NCBI GenBank assembly: GCA_964016885.1
Contig: OZ024740.1
Span: 106,020,001 to 106,084,000, forward strand
Direction: 5' to 3'
DNA: 64,000 bases
From: Eledone cirrhosa
Lineage: Eukaryota
Made by a program: the position numbers and the translations under genes. The number at the start of each line of letters is the position of its first letter. The first letter of the stretch is position 1. Shown here piece by piece: positions 1 to 13,797 of this stretch. The notes under the pieces were generated by a model. The model was not told the DNA's origin and ran no database searches. It saw only the letters and a list, made by a program, of their open reading frames with translations.

Positions 1-3000
1 AGAAAGGATCGAAAAAGTGGAGGGAGTGCATGCTCAAGATGAAACTCCAAATGAAAATAATGAGATCGTAAATGATAAAGAAATGAATGAGAATGAACTT
101 GCCAACTTGAAGGATGAAATTATGATCGAATGGATGAAAATGAAAGAATCTGACATGGGGCAACGAGACACCCTCCCTAAGATCCAGAACTCCAAACAGA
201 ACCAAAAGAAAATACACAAGACTAACATAATTCTCAAAAACATTATCATCACAAACAAACTAAACATTACTGATTTAAATCATCTCTATTATGCATCGGC
301 TAAAGTCAACACTCACTTATGTGGAGTGAAGATGAAAAAACAAAGGAATTCCCACAAGAAATCTACTTGGCAAGAGAACATCAATCGCCAAATAAACCTT
401 CTCCGATCTGACATAGAAATTTTAACAAACTATAAAGTAGGTGAACATGTTAAACAAACTAAACTTAGAAAATTGAAAAAAAAGTACAGTGTAAAATCAA
501 CATGTGACATAGACATGCTGATAGAAATAATCAAGCAAAAAGTGTCGGCCAAAGCTGCTCGTATAAGGCGCTTTGAAAAACGATCTAGATTCTATAAGGA
601 CAATAATATGTTCAAAAACAACCAAAGAAACTTCTACAGAAAAATTGGTAAGTCAACAATAACTGCTAAATCAATACCACCCAAGGAGGAAGCGCAAGAT
701 TTCTGGGAAAAGATCTGCGCCGAAGAAAAAGTTCATAACATACATGCCCCATGGATAGACAGACAAATGAAAGATACAGCTCACCTTGAGGAAAAAACAT
801 GGGAAAATATAACAGTTGAACAGTTGCGCTTGGCTCTAAGAAAAACCAGCAAATGGAAATCCCCAGGAAAAGACAAAATACAAAACTTTTGGATAAATGC
901 CTTCACAGAATCTCATGAGCTGTTAGCCCAACTTTACAATGAAATAGTTAAGGAGCCAGAAAAGATACCATCATGGCTAGTTAACGGCATTACATTCCTG
1001 CTTCCGAAGAATGATGAGACAAACAATCCCCAAAATTACAGACCGATAACTTGCTTGACCACAATGTATAATATTTTAACATCAGTCCTAACTGAATACA
1101 CATATGACCACCTGATGACAAATGACCTATTTCCCATTGAGCAGAAAGAGTGTAAACGAGGCTCATATGGCTGTAAGGATCAGCTTCTGGTTAACAAAAT
1201 GATACTGGAAGATTGTCATAATAGACACAAAAATCTATCGATTTCTTGGATAGATTATAAAAAAGCATTCGATAGTTTGCCACACAGTTGGATTGAAAAA
1301 TGTTGAGAGATTTTCAAAATATCCCCCGTTGTCAGGAGGTTTTTGTCATTCAGTATGAAGACATGAAAAACGACACTCCTTTTGAATAGTGACACAAAAT
1401 CACTGGAAGCTGGAGAAGTTAATATTAATTGTGGAATTTTTCAGGGTGACTCTTTATCACCGCTTTTATTCTGCATCGCACTTATACCATTAAGTAAAAT
1501 GCTCAATGAAACAAAAGATGGATATAAAGTCTATGACAAAACCATTAATCACCTGTTCTACATGGATGACCTGAAACTATTTGCAAAAAATGATGAACAA
1601 TTGAAAGGGCTATTATCCACTGTGAAGCAGTTCAGTGATGACATTAAAATGGAGTTTGGACTAGATAAATGCGCCAAAGCAACGTTCACCAGAGGAAAGC
1701 TGCTGAAGAGTTCAGACATTAATCTTGATCGGGGGAACGTGATAAGAGAACTTGATCCAGAAGAAACTTACAAATATCTAGGTGTTTGTGAAGGAGACGG
1801 AATCAAGCACTCGGCAATGAGGGAAAGGATAAGGAAGGAATGTTACCGCAGAGTAAGAGCAATCTTAAGAACGGAATTGAATGCAAGGAATAGGATCGAT
1901 GCAATAAACATGCTTGCCATACCAGTAGTAACCTACAGTAAACAATGTCATCAACTGGTCAAGCACAGAGATCCGTAGGCTCGATACAAAATTCGAAAAT
2001 TCTTAACCATGCACAGAATGCATCACCCTAAGGCAGATATAGATAGAATATATCTCCCTAGGAAAGAAGGAGGACGTGGGTTAATCCAGTTAGACATTGC
2101 ATTGAAAACTGCAACAATTGGATTATCTACATATCTAAGGGAATCACATGATCGGATGATCAAACTCGTTTTGAAACACGAAAGCACCAAAAGATCATAT
2201 TCCATTACAAAAGATGCACAAAGATACAGTAATGGACTACAAATTTCAGAAGTCCCATTTACTGCTGAAATGGAAAACACAGAAAAAGCAAAGCAGGTAA
2301 AAGTAACTGCAAAGAAAGAACTGCTACAGAAACTGGCTAAGAAATGGCAAGAAAAGCCTGTGAATGGAAAATACCCAGAGCGAGCTAACAATCCTGATGT
2401 TGACAAAACTTTAACCCATCAGTGGTTGGCATCCTCTGGACTGAAATCGGAGACTGAAGGACTGATTATATCAGCACAAGATCAGTGTCTGCCAACTAAA
2501 AATTACCAAGCCAACATAATAAAAAATGGGTGCAGCCCATTATGCCGTGTATGCAAAAAACAACCAGAGACCATTGACCATATAATTTCAATGTGCAGTC
2601 CTATAGCTCCAACCGAATACCTAAACAGGCATGACAGAGCTGCACAATACATACATTGGATAATGTGTAAGCATTTTGACCTGCCCCATCAAAAGAATTG
2701 GTGGGAGCATCAACCACCTCCCATACTTGAAAAAGATCACATCTCAATCTTGTGGAACTTTAGTATCCAAACAGACCGAAAAATAGATGCAAATAGACCT
2801 GATATAATATTGAAGGACTTTCAAAAGAGGGTATGCCTGCTAATTGATATGTCTGTTCCAATAGACAAGAATGTATCTATAAAAACATTTGAAAAATTGA
2901 GCAAGTATAAGGACCTGGAGATAGAAATTGGAAAAATGTGGACATTGAGAACTAAAACAATACCAGTGGTTGTAGGCGCTCTGGGAATGATACCTAAGGG

Positions 3001-3251
3001 GTCTAATGACTACTTATCGCAAATCCCAGGAAACCCGCGTATAGGAGAAATACAAAAGATAGTACTAATGGGAACTGCCCATATACTAAGGAAGATTCTG
3101 TTAATATATGTACATCACAAGTCTAAACACTAAAGATGCATGTGTGAATATGTATGTTCTTTCTTGAACATGGCGGACCTTGTTGTCTCTTGAGGTCACT
3201 GGTTGTGACTTGGTGATAACTCGTATGAACATAAAGCAAGATAAATGCAAC
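1..3251 (+). mobile_element. R4/Dong-like RLE non-LTR retrotransposon, family A, copy A1 (5' part outside window; stops and frameshifts)
   Basis: ORF pieces 17-1306, 1382-1978 and 2009-3133 give KSPGKD, NYRPITCL, DYKKAFDS, GIFQGDSLSP, LFYMDD, the zinc knuckle CRVC..ETIDHIISMC and the RLE motif RPDIIL..LIDMSVP..EKLSKY. A short 3' UTR is followed by a (TAA)n tail. Confidence 0.93.

Positions 3252-3283
<32 letters not shown>
3252..3283 (+). repeat. (TAA)n tail/target of A1
   Basis: Trinucleotide run directly after the 3' UTR. Confidence 0.9.
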
Positions 3284-3285
<2 letters not shown>

Positions 3286-3890
3286 TTTCAAGAATTATTA
3301 ATAATAGTTAATATTTTTTTCTACTTGGTCAGTATCTATTTCTAAATTTGTATAATGCTTGAAATGTCTTTGCAGATTTATGTAGACAAGTTCCAAATAA
3401 ATCATTTTTTTAATTAATTAAAATACCATAATTCGTAATTATTAACTGAGTTTCTAAATTGCAAAGATTGCAGTTTGGTGAAATGGAAGCGTTCCGAAAG
3501 GAATCAGAATTCTTAAGTTTATACAAAAAAATTGAGTATTTAATATTTTTCTCTTTTAAAGACCATATTAATTGTGATAATGAAGAACATTTTTTATCTG
3601 GATTTGAGAAAGAATGCTTATGATTGGAAGAGCGAAACTTGAAGTTCGATGAAGTGGCACCTATGTAGTTATAAGTATTATTATTATTTGTCTTAATAGT
3701 ACATTTATATACTAAATTCTTATCAAGGCAATTATTTTGTAAAGAGTATTCAGATTTCCTTCTACAGTTACAGTTCAATTCCATGTTATTTCTATAACCT
3801 AAACTATTCGAATTATCATTGTTAGTATTTCAAGGTGTTCTACTATTATTCGTATTTAAACTATTGTTATTGTTATTCACATTAACTAAT
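3284..3890 (-). pseudogene. Penelope-like element PLE1, 3' part: Cys-rich linker and GIY-YIG endonuclease
   Basis: ORF 3410-3784: CNCR..NNCL..LVYKC..YNYIGATS..FKFR..H..CNLCNLE, followed by a frameshifted CLH. Confidence 0.85.
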
Positions 3891-3907
3891 GTATTATTAT
3901 TATTATT

Positions 3908-6817
3908 ACAGTTGCATTTATCGTGCTTTATGTTCATACGAGTTATCACCAAAGTGATATATCTTTTTCAAGTATGGGAGGTGGTTGATGCTCCCACCAA
4001 TTCTTTTGATGGGGCAGGTCAAAATGCTTACACATTATCCAATGTATGTATTGTGCAGCTCTGTCATGCCTGTTTAGGTATTCGGTTGGAGCTATAGGAC
4101 TGCACATTGAAATTATATGGTCAATGGTCTCTGGTTGTTTTTTGCATACACGGCATAATGGGCTGCACCCATTTTTTATTATGTTGGCTTGGTAATTTTT
4201 TGTTGGCAGACACTGATCTTGTGCCGATATGATCAGTCCTTCAGTCTCCGATTTCAGTCCAGAGGATGCCAACCACTGATGGGTTAAAGTTTTGTCAACA
4301 TCAGGATTGTTAGCTCGCTCTGGGTATTTTCCATACAGAGGCTTTTCTTGCCATTTCTTAGCCAGTTTCTGTAGCAGTTCTTTCTTTGCAGTTACTTTTA
4401 CCTGCTTTGCTTTTTCTGTGTTTTCCATTTCAGCAGTAAATGGGACTTCTGAAATTTGTAGTCCATTACTGTATCTTTGTGCATCTTTTGTAATGGAATA
4501 TGATCTTTTGATGCTTTTGTGTTTCAAAACGAGTTTGATCATCCAATCATGTGATTCCCTTAGATATGTAGATAATCCAATTGTTGCAGTTTTCAACGCA
4601 ATGTCTAACTGGATTAACCCACGTCCTCCTTCTTTCCTAGGGAGATATATTCTATCTATATCTGCCTTAGGGTGATGCATTCTGTGCATGGTTAAGAATT
4701 TTCGAATTTTTGTATCGAGACTACGGATCTCTGTGCTTGACCAGTTGATGACATTGTAACTGTAGGTTACTACTGGTATGGCAAGCGTGTTTATGGCATC
4801 GATCCTACTCCTTGCAATCAATTCCGTTCGTAAGATTGCTCTTACTCTGCGGTAACATTCCTTCCTTATCCTTTCCCTCATTGTCGAGTGCTTGATTCCG
4901 TCTCCTTCACAAACACCTAAATATTTGTAAGTTTTTTCTTGATCAAGTTCTCTTATCACGTTCCCCCGATCAAGATTAATGTCTGAACTCTTCAGCAGCT
5001 TTCTTCTGTTGAACGTTGCTTTGGCGCATTTATCTAGTCCAAACTCCATTTTAATGTCATCACTGAACTGCTTCACAGTGGATAATAGCCCTTGCAATTG
5101 TTCATTATTTTTTGCAAATAGTTTCAGGTCATCCATGTAGAACAGGTGATTAATGGTTTTGTCATAGACTTTATATCCATGTTTTCTTTCATTGAGCATT
5201 TTACTTTATGGTATAAGTGCCATGCAGAATAAAAGCGGTGATAAAGAGTCACCCTGAAAAATTCCACAATTAATATTAACTTCTCCAGCTTCCAGTGATT
5301 TTGTTTCATTATTCAAAAGGAGTGTCGTTTTCCATGTCTTCATACTGAATGACAAAAACCTCCTGACAACGGGGGATATTTTGAAAATCTCTAAACATTT
5401 TTCAATCCAACTGTGTGGCAAACTATCGAATGCTTTTTTATAATCTATCCAAGCAATCGATAGATTTTTGTGTCTATTATGACAATCTTCCAGTATCATT
5501 TTGTTAACCAGAAGCTGATCCTTACAGCCATATGAGCCTCGTTTACACCCTTTCTGCTCAATGGGAAATAGGTCATTTGTTATCAGGTGGTCATATGTGT
5601 ATTCAGTTAGGACTGATGTTAAAATGTTATACATTGTGGTCAAGCAAGTTATCGGTCTGTAATTTTGGGGATTGTTTGTCTCATCATTCTTCGGAAGCAG
5701 GAATGTAATGCCGTTAACTAGCCATGATGGTATCTTTTCTGGCTCCTTAACTATTTCATTGTAAAGTTGGGCTAACAGCTCATGAGACTCTGTGAAGGCA
5801 TTTATCCAAAAGTTTTGTATTTTGTCTTTTCCTGGGGATTTCCATTTGCTGGTTTTTCTTAGAGCCAAGCGCAACTGTTCAACTGTTATATTTTCCCATG
5901 TTTGTTCCTCAAGGTGAGCTGTATCTTTCATTTGTCTGTCTATCCATGGGGCATGTATTTTATGAACTTTTTCTTCGGCGCAGATCTTTTCCCAGAATTC
6001 TTGCACTTCCTCCTTGTGTGGTATTGATTTAGCAGTTATTGTTGACTTACCAATTTTTCTGTAGAAGTTTCTTTGGTTGTTTTTGAACATATTATTGTCC
6101 TTATAGAATCTAGATCGTTTTTCAAAGCGCCTTATACGAGCAGCTTTGGCCGACACTTTTTGCTTGATTATTTCTATCAGCATGTCTATGTCACATGTTG
6201 ATTTTATACTGTACTTTTTTTTCAATTTTCTAAGTTTAGTTTGTTTAACATGTTCACCTACTTTATAGTTTGTTAAAATTTCTATGTCAGCTCGGAGAAG
6301 GTTTATTTGGCGATTGATGTTCTCTTGCCAAGTAGATTTCTTGTGGGAATTCCTTTGTTTTTTCATCTTCACTCCACATAAGTGAGTGGTGACTTTAGCC
6401 GATGCATAATAGAGATGATTTAAATCAGTAATGTTTAGTTTGTTTGTGATGATAATGTTTTTGAGAATTATGTTAGTCTTGTGTATTATCTTTTGGGTCT
6501 GTTTGGAGTTCTGGATCTTAGGGAGGGTGTCTCGTTTCCCCATGTCAGATTCTTTCATTTTCATCCATTCGATCATAATTTCATCCTTCAAGTTGGCAAG
6601 TTCATTCTCATTCATTTCTTTATCATTTACGATCTCATTATTTTCATTTGGAGTTTCATCCTGAGCATGCACTCCCTCCACTTTTTCGATCCTTTCTTTA
6701 ATTTGTTCTGTTGCCAGTGAATCCGCCCCAACCCTGGGATTCGAAGTGTTACAGTTTACCTCGTTTTCACTGACACATGTTTCATTTTCCCTTCGCTGAC
6801 TTTGTGCTAATAGCACA
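3908..6817 (-). mobile_element. R4/Dong-like family A, copy A2 (5'-truncated, RLE domain deleted), inserted in PLE1
   Basis: Near-identical inverted copy of A1. ORFs 5206-6900 and 3946-5199 are split by one stop. (TAA)n lies on both sides. Confidence 0.93.
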
Positions 6818-7075
<258 letters not shown>

Positions 7076-8790
7076 TATTATCGCTAATTATATGCCGGTT
7101 CAAATTAAGAATTTTGCTATTAATTTTTGCAATATTTTGAGCAATATTCATAGTTGTTGAATAAGAGAGTTTAATTGTGTGTCTATTGAAGATAGGGTAA
7201 TACTTATGTGATCTGGGGAAACATTTATCCAAGGCTTTAAAAAATAAATGTGCTAAAGGTGTTTTAATAGCTAAAGATGCTGGTGGAGCATACCAAATTA
7301 TAGATTTAGTCCTAATTTTTTTCCCCGATTTATTCCCCAAGTTGTTATTTTTACAGTCAGTTTTATTTTTATTATTATTATTAAGAATATTGTGTTTATG
7401 ATTAATATTAATTTTTTCTACATATTCAATATTATTTTTATATCCTGCTTTATGTAAGGCTTCATTATAATATTCAGCTTTACTATTAAAAATGGATCTG
7501 TTAGCAGATTGTCTGGATATTCGTTGTTGGACACTATTGATTATTGCATTTTGAACACTTTTAGGATGATTAGAGTAAAAGCTAACATAATTTAGGTTTT
7601 CATTGAGTTTATGGAATGGGTAATAGTGGCCTGAGTTTAAATTAAGGTTTACGTCTAAAGAGTTAACTATTTTATTGTTATTTTCTACTTCTAATTTCAG
7701 GTCGTAATTTTTAAAGAATTCTATAATTACGTACTTTACTCTATTTAATTCGCTATTATTATGTCTATCTACAGTAGGGCGGTGGATTGGCAGTATCGGT
7801 AGAGGGTCGGACGCCATGCTTTGCAGCAAAGAGTTACGGCCCTTTACGGTCTGAGTTCAAATCCCGCCGAGGTTAACTTTGCCTTTCATCCTTACAGGGT
7901 CGATAAAATAAGTACCAGTAATACACTGGTTAATTGCTGGCCTTGTGCCAAAAGTAGAAACAATTATGTCTATCTACAGTAAATAATATGTCATCTCTAT
8001 ATAAACCACCGGTAATCTCCGGCAGTTTTCTATTTATCATATTAACGATGAAAATTCCCACAAGATCGGTGACTTGCGCCGAATCAGACGAGCCCATAGT
8101 AATGTCGAAATTTTTCTGCTTATCCGAACGAGTCCAAAAATCATTATTAAAGTCAATCAAGGTTCGCCTTGCGTTAAAATAATATTTATCTCGTCACTAG
8201 ATAGATATGTGTGTTTATATGCATATGAAAGCGCCTTATTTAAAAGGTTAGGAGTTATTGAGAAGTAATAACTCGCTATGTGCATTTGAATGAATTTAGG
8301 ATTTTTCTTATTTTCGATATTATTGAACCAATCTATGACTTCACTAGTGCCCTTCCATAAGTTAAGCCTTGACCTCAATTTTAACGTTGGCAAAATCCTA
8401 TCTATTATGTTTTTTATTAATTATTCCAAGGTCTGACTTCGAAGGAGCAATAAGTCTAACAGGTAAGTCCTCTTCGAAATTTCTTTTATGGTCTTTAAAA
8501 TTTATGCGCGGTTGCCTTGGTATGAAAGGTTCGATCTTCCGTTCTATTCCGAGATTGGTGATAATTTCAAAAGCATCATAATTGATATCTAATACTCGGG
8601 GCTTTTATGTAATTTTTTCAAAATTCTTTTAAAATTAAGTCCTTATATTTTGATTTTTCTATCCCATATAGGTTGTTGGTTTTGTCTGGTTTCACTAATA
8701 TTTTATTTACTTTTTTTATGTCATTAATTTTTTCTCTCAGACCTCTAAGGTATTCTTGGCCTTTATATAGGTTTTTCTTAAATCTTATAT
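7076..8790 (-). pseudogene. Penelope-like element PLE1, RT and thumb part (frameshifted, 5'-truncated, interrupted by a SINE)
   Basis: [74 protein letters not shown]. Confidence 0.88.
7777..7962 (+). mobile_element. tRNA-derived SINE, full length, 19-bp TSD
   Basis: A-box-like tggcagtatcgg, B-box gagttcaaatcc, core tttgcctttcatcc..ggtcgataaaataagtaccag (from memory, resembles the Nin/Deu-type SINE core). TSD attatgtctatctacagta at 7758-7776 and 7963-7981. Confidence 0.9.
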
Positions 8791-8837
8791 TCCTTAATAT
8801 ATTAAAAATTTACATATATATATGTATGTATATATAT

Positions 8838-8873
<36 letters not shown>

Positions 8874-9157
8874 ATATATCTATATATATGTATGTATGTA
8901 TATATATGTATATATGTACATATGTATATATACACACACGCATATATATATATATATATATATATTTGTATATGTAACTATATGACATTCTTTGTGTATG
9001 TGTATGTAACCTTTACATAATTCTCAGGGAGATTCAGCATGACAACAAAACTCCAAAGACCTTGTGCTGAATCTCCCTGAGGCACACCACCAAACGGATC
9101 ATATCTGAACCATTTTTTCTTTTCTTTTTTATCTTTAATCTTTATTTTTTATCTTTT

Positions 9158-9267
9158 ATTGGCAGTAGAATCGGTTAACCTTGCCTTTCATCCTTACGGG
9201 GTCGATAAAATAAAGTACCAGTAATGCACTGGTTATTGCTGGCCTTGTGCCAAAAGTAGAAACAATT
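9158..9267 (+). mobile_element. Same SINE family, internally deleted copy
   Basis: Core and 3' end ...gtgccaaaagtagaaacaatt match the copy at 7777. Confidence 0.85.
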
Positions 9268-9460
9268 ATATATATATATATATATAATAGTTAGATCTAA
9301 GTGTCTTGTTGGTGTGTGATTTTCAATGATTTATTTTTTTTTTAATTTACGATTCATTCCTATGGCAACTATAAACATGTACATATGGACCCATTTATAA
9401 AGCTATCCAAATTGCTATGTAAATAATCACATACACTCACACACACGTACATACGCACAT

Positions 9461-10157
<697 letters not shown>

Positions 10158-10348
10158 TGTGTGAGTGTGTTAAACGAATGTGTTGTGTGTAATGAAACAA
10201 ATATATATATATATATAAAGAATATAATTTGACATCCATTACGTGACAATTAATTTAAAGTGTATCGAAGTTTGAAATGGTCACAACATATACTTAACTC
10301 ACAAATAAACAGTTATAGACCTAACTAAAACTATCTGAAGGGTATATT

Positions 10349-10497
10349 TTATTGTAAAGGCATTCATTTTCTTTTTTAGGTTGTTGGTAGTTGTTTACAT
10401 ACTTGGAAACCAATATACTAAAATAAATATGTACACACGTTCGTACACATACACACATACACACTACATATATGCAGGCGGACACATGCATATAATC

Positions 10498-10529
<32 letters not shown>

Positions 10530-10608
10530 GAGCGTGTGTGAATGTGTGTGCGTGTGTAATTCATATATTTATACAGGATGCCCTATATATATATATACAT
10601 ATATATAC

Positions 10609-10642
<34 letters not shown>

Positions 10643-10729
10643 GTATATATGTATATATATGTATATATATATATAGGGCATCCTGTATAAATATATGAAT
10701 TACACACGCACACACATTCACACACGCTC

Positions 10730-10763
<34 letters not shown>

Positions 10764-10905
10764 GATTATATGCATGTGTCCGCCTGCATATATGTAGTGT
10801 GTATGTGTGTATGTGTACGAACGTGTGTACATATTTATTTTAGTATATTGGTTTCCAAGTTTGTAAACAACTACCAACAACCTAAAAAAGAAAATGAATG
10901 CCTTT

Positions 10906-10912
<7 letters not shown>
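10349..10912. repeat. Fold-back palindrome with ~235-bp arms and a (TA)n centre
   Basis: 10349-10584 is the reverse complement of 10675-10912. Confidence 0.9.
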
Positions 10913-10981
<69 letters not shown>

Positions 10982-11025
10982 AAGTTAAATAAAAGTCAAA
11001 TGATTAAAATTTAGCTTCGCTTATT

Positions 11026-11080
11026 ACTGCTATATATATTTCAGTGACAGCCATCTTTGGCTGTGACCTCTTCAGGCAGT
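11026..11080 (-). ncRNA. Type I hammerhead ribozyme motif (left arm)
   Basis: Reverse complement of 11254-11308. Confidence 0.75.
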
Positions 11081-11253
11081 TTGAATTAGTATGGTATAGA
11101 CAAGTACATATGTTGTTTAGGTGTATGATATTGTCAATACTCTGATATGCCCAGTTCCTTGTTGGGTTGTTAATTCACTGGGGAACTGGAGTCATATTGA
11201 CAATATCATACACCTAAACAACATATGTACTTGTCTATACCATACTAATTCAA

Positions 11254-11308
11254 ACTGCCTGAAGAGGTCACAGCCAAAGATGGCTGTCACTGAAATATAT
11301 ATAGCAGT
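11254..11308 (+). ncRNA. Type I hammerhead ribozyme motif (right arm)
   Basis: actgc-CTGAAGA-g-gtcacagcca aaga tggctgtcac-t-GAAA-tatatata-gcagt: stem I actgc/gcagt, a stem II hairpin and a palindromic minimal stem III, followed directly by AATAAA. Confidence 0.75.
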
Positions 11309-11454
11309 AATAAACGAAGCTAAATTTTAATCATTTGACTTTTATTTAACTTTATTTTACACTACTCCGGAGTAACCAAACCAACCTGCGCACTTCGTCG
11401 AGTGCTCCAGCCTGCATACTGAGGTGTTGGTATACAACCAACATAAACTCAAAA

Positions 11455-11491
<37 letters not shown>

Positions 11492-11495
11492 GGTG

Positions 11496-12100
11496 GGTGG
11501 CTGCCAACTCGTTTTCGAGTAGGGCCACTACTTTATATCCATGTAGGAGAACCCCTACCGATGCTCTGAACGAGTGTGACTTTTTAGTCTAGCCAGCGAC
11601 TTGAAAACGCTGGTACAAACACTACACCTGTGACAATTATTGACACATAGTGCTGGGCCCATGGGACCATGTAACGACAAGTGCAGAGAGATCTCCAGAT
11701 GTAAAGCAATGCCTGTGCGGTGAAGCTTTTATAGTGAGTAAAGGCACTGCACAAAGCCAGTCCCACTCTCTTAACCAAGATGATATTTACCAAAAAGAAG
11801 AACAAGTCAACATCATTGGATACCATCAGGGTTGCCGGTGTTATATCAGAGTTTTCCTTCTGCTAGAATTCTGCCTTGACAAAGGCTAAGGGTTATCTCT
11901 CCCGGTGATTTTAGATGGCCATTGACTCTTAAGAGCTCCTATGCCTTTTGACAGGTTTTGTTTTTAGTCCTTCAGGTAGTCCAAAGTCACCCTCCTCGCC
12001 AAGAAACCGTGGTGGGGTTGCCAGTTTAGTCGCCAACGACCCGACCATGAGACAGGTTGTACTGGGATACATGTTACCAGTAGGACCAACTGGTGACCTG
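11496..12100 (-). mobile_element. Non-autonomous RTE-derived element (5' UTR fused to 3' end), ~600 bp
   Basis: RTE-like 5' UTR motif ctag(g/c)agaaggaaaactctgat. The 3' part encodes the remnant CSVCT.VFKSLA.LKSHTRS.HR* zinc finger. Four copies in the window. Confidence 0.7.
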
Positions 12101-12145
12101 AAATACCATATATACCATATATATATATGCCATATATACCATGTA

Positions 12146-12198
<53 letters not shown>

Positions 12199-12308
12199 CG
12201 GCGATGAATTAGTTTAAAAGACAGCGAGAAGCGAAAACCAACCAAACAGTGAGTGTGTTCTGTTATTAATTCTGGCAATATTACACAAATATGACCCTCC
12301 CCAAGTAT

Positions 12309-12408
<100 letters not shown>

Positions 12409-13019
12409 ATGTATATATATATACGCATATATATATATATGTTTGTGTGTATGTGTGTAAGTGTGTGTGTGTGTATGTAATACATATATTTATGCCAGAT
12501 GCCTTGTACCATGTAGGCACATTTCCATTGTTTTATAATTGAAATATAAGATCATAAATATGTAAACGGTTTGAGTTATTGTAAGGGATAGAACCGGTGG
12601 CCGTTCTGGTTCAGACACTGCTGACAACATCACCCGATGGAACTGTAAACATCACTAATCAATTTAATTGATTTATGAATTTGTTGTCTTTCAATGACTG
12701 CTTTCATTTCATTGGTTGCTGCCTCCCTGGTGCAAGTTTTTAGATATTTTCATTTAAAAAATCCAGTGAGGTGTGGTCAACGTGGTGTGTATTCCATACC
12801 AGTTCTTCACTCATTTCAACTGTTCGGCATATAATATTTATATATATATATGTGTGTGTGTGTGTGTGGGTGTGTGTGTGTACATTATATGATCGACAAG
12901 ACCCAGTCCTCATTTACCGAGTGGGGTAGAACTCGTCAGATTGGACCAAGGAAACAAGGTTTCAATTAATCGTTCTGTTACTGATGTTATCTATCGGTCA
13001 CAACTCCTGGCACAAGGAA

Positions 13020-13130
13020 CAACGTGAAATATAGTGTCTTGCTGAAGAATATAACGCAACACCCGGTCCGGGAATCGAACTCACAACATTACGATAGTGA
13101 ATCCAAATCTCTAAACATTAAGCCATGCGC
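13020..13130 (-). mobile_element. Second tRNA-derived SINE family, 5' part, degenerate
   Basis: Reverse complement gcgcatggcttaatgtttag (A box)..gagttcgattccc (B box)..ttcagcaagacact core. Confidence 0.7.
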
Positions 13131-13481
13131 TACTAATGTGTACATAGTACTTCTGGAATGTGTCACATGATGGATAGTGACATAAAATTCAAAAAGTTTA
13201 ATAAGTAAATATTTTAGGACTTCTTAAAGGAAAATTAACTTCTTTATCTTAAAAGAGAAGAAACGTTTAGAACATTGCCGCAACCACTGTATGTATGTAT
13301 TGACCCGTAACTCCTGCGGCAGTCGTAGGCGCGCTGTGATAAAATACAGCGTTTCTTGGGCACTTTTCATTAAACCTGGTGGAGCCCATCTCCTCTCCAG
13401 GTCTGAACACATTAGATTTATTCCAGGGAAGGACAGAAAGTGATAGAGAAGAAGGGAGAAAGAGATGTAGAAGCAACAAAC

Positions 13482-13600
13482 TACCCCAGTACATGACTGA
13501 CACTGCTTTTAACGACCTCGGCGGGAGAGTAGAGAGCCGGAGCAAATGCAGCATACAGTCTATCCGACGTTCTAACAACTCTGCCAATTCGCTGCCTCCG
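13482..13600 (-). mobile_element. Old degenerate relative of the 7777 SINE family
   Basis: Reverse complement ggcagcgaattggcagagttgttag..tcccgccgaggtcg..gtactgggg. Confidence 0.5.
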
Positions 13601-13728
13601 CTGCAACTATTAAAAGGTTCTATGATATATAAAACATAAATGTCACGACAATGACTTCCTTTCTGTGTTGGCCTAACTATAAATCAATCTGTCTACCGAT
13701 AACTAAACACATACAATCACATTCTCAA

Positions 13729-13759
<31 letters not shown>

Positions 13760-13797
13760 TGTATGTATGTATGTATGTATGTATGTATGTATGTATG

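Larger units (their letters stand above)
10976..11358. repeat. Fold-back palindrome with ~180-bp arms, pseudo-LTR-like, with a hammerhead motif in each arm
   Basis: 10976-11158 pairs with 11181-11358. Confidence 0.9.

Noticed and set aside
7777-7870. tRNA gene
   Set aside because: A and B boxes belong to a SINE head with a core, tail and TSD; there is no cloverleaf.
13224-13639. Short ORFs as a possible host exon
   Set aside because: No recognisable domain, and part of the region is a degenerate SINE.
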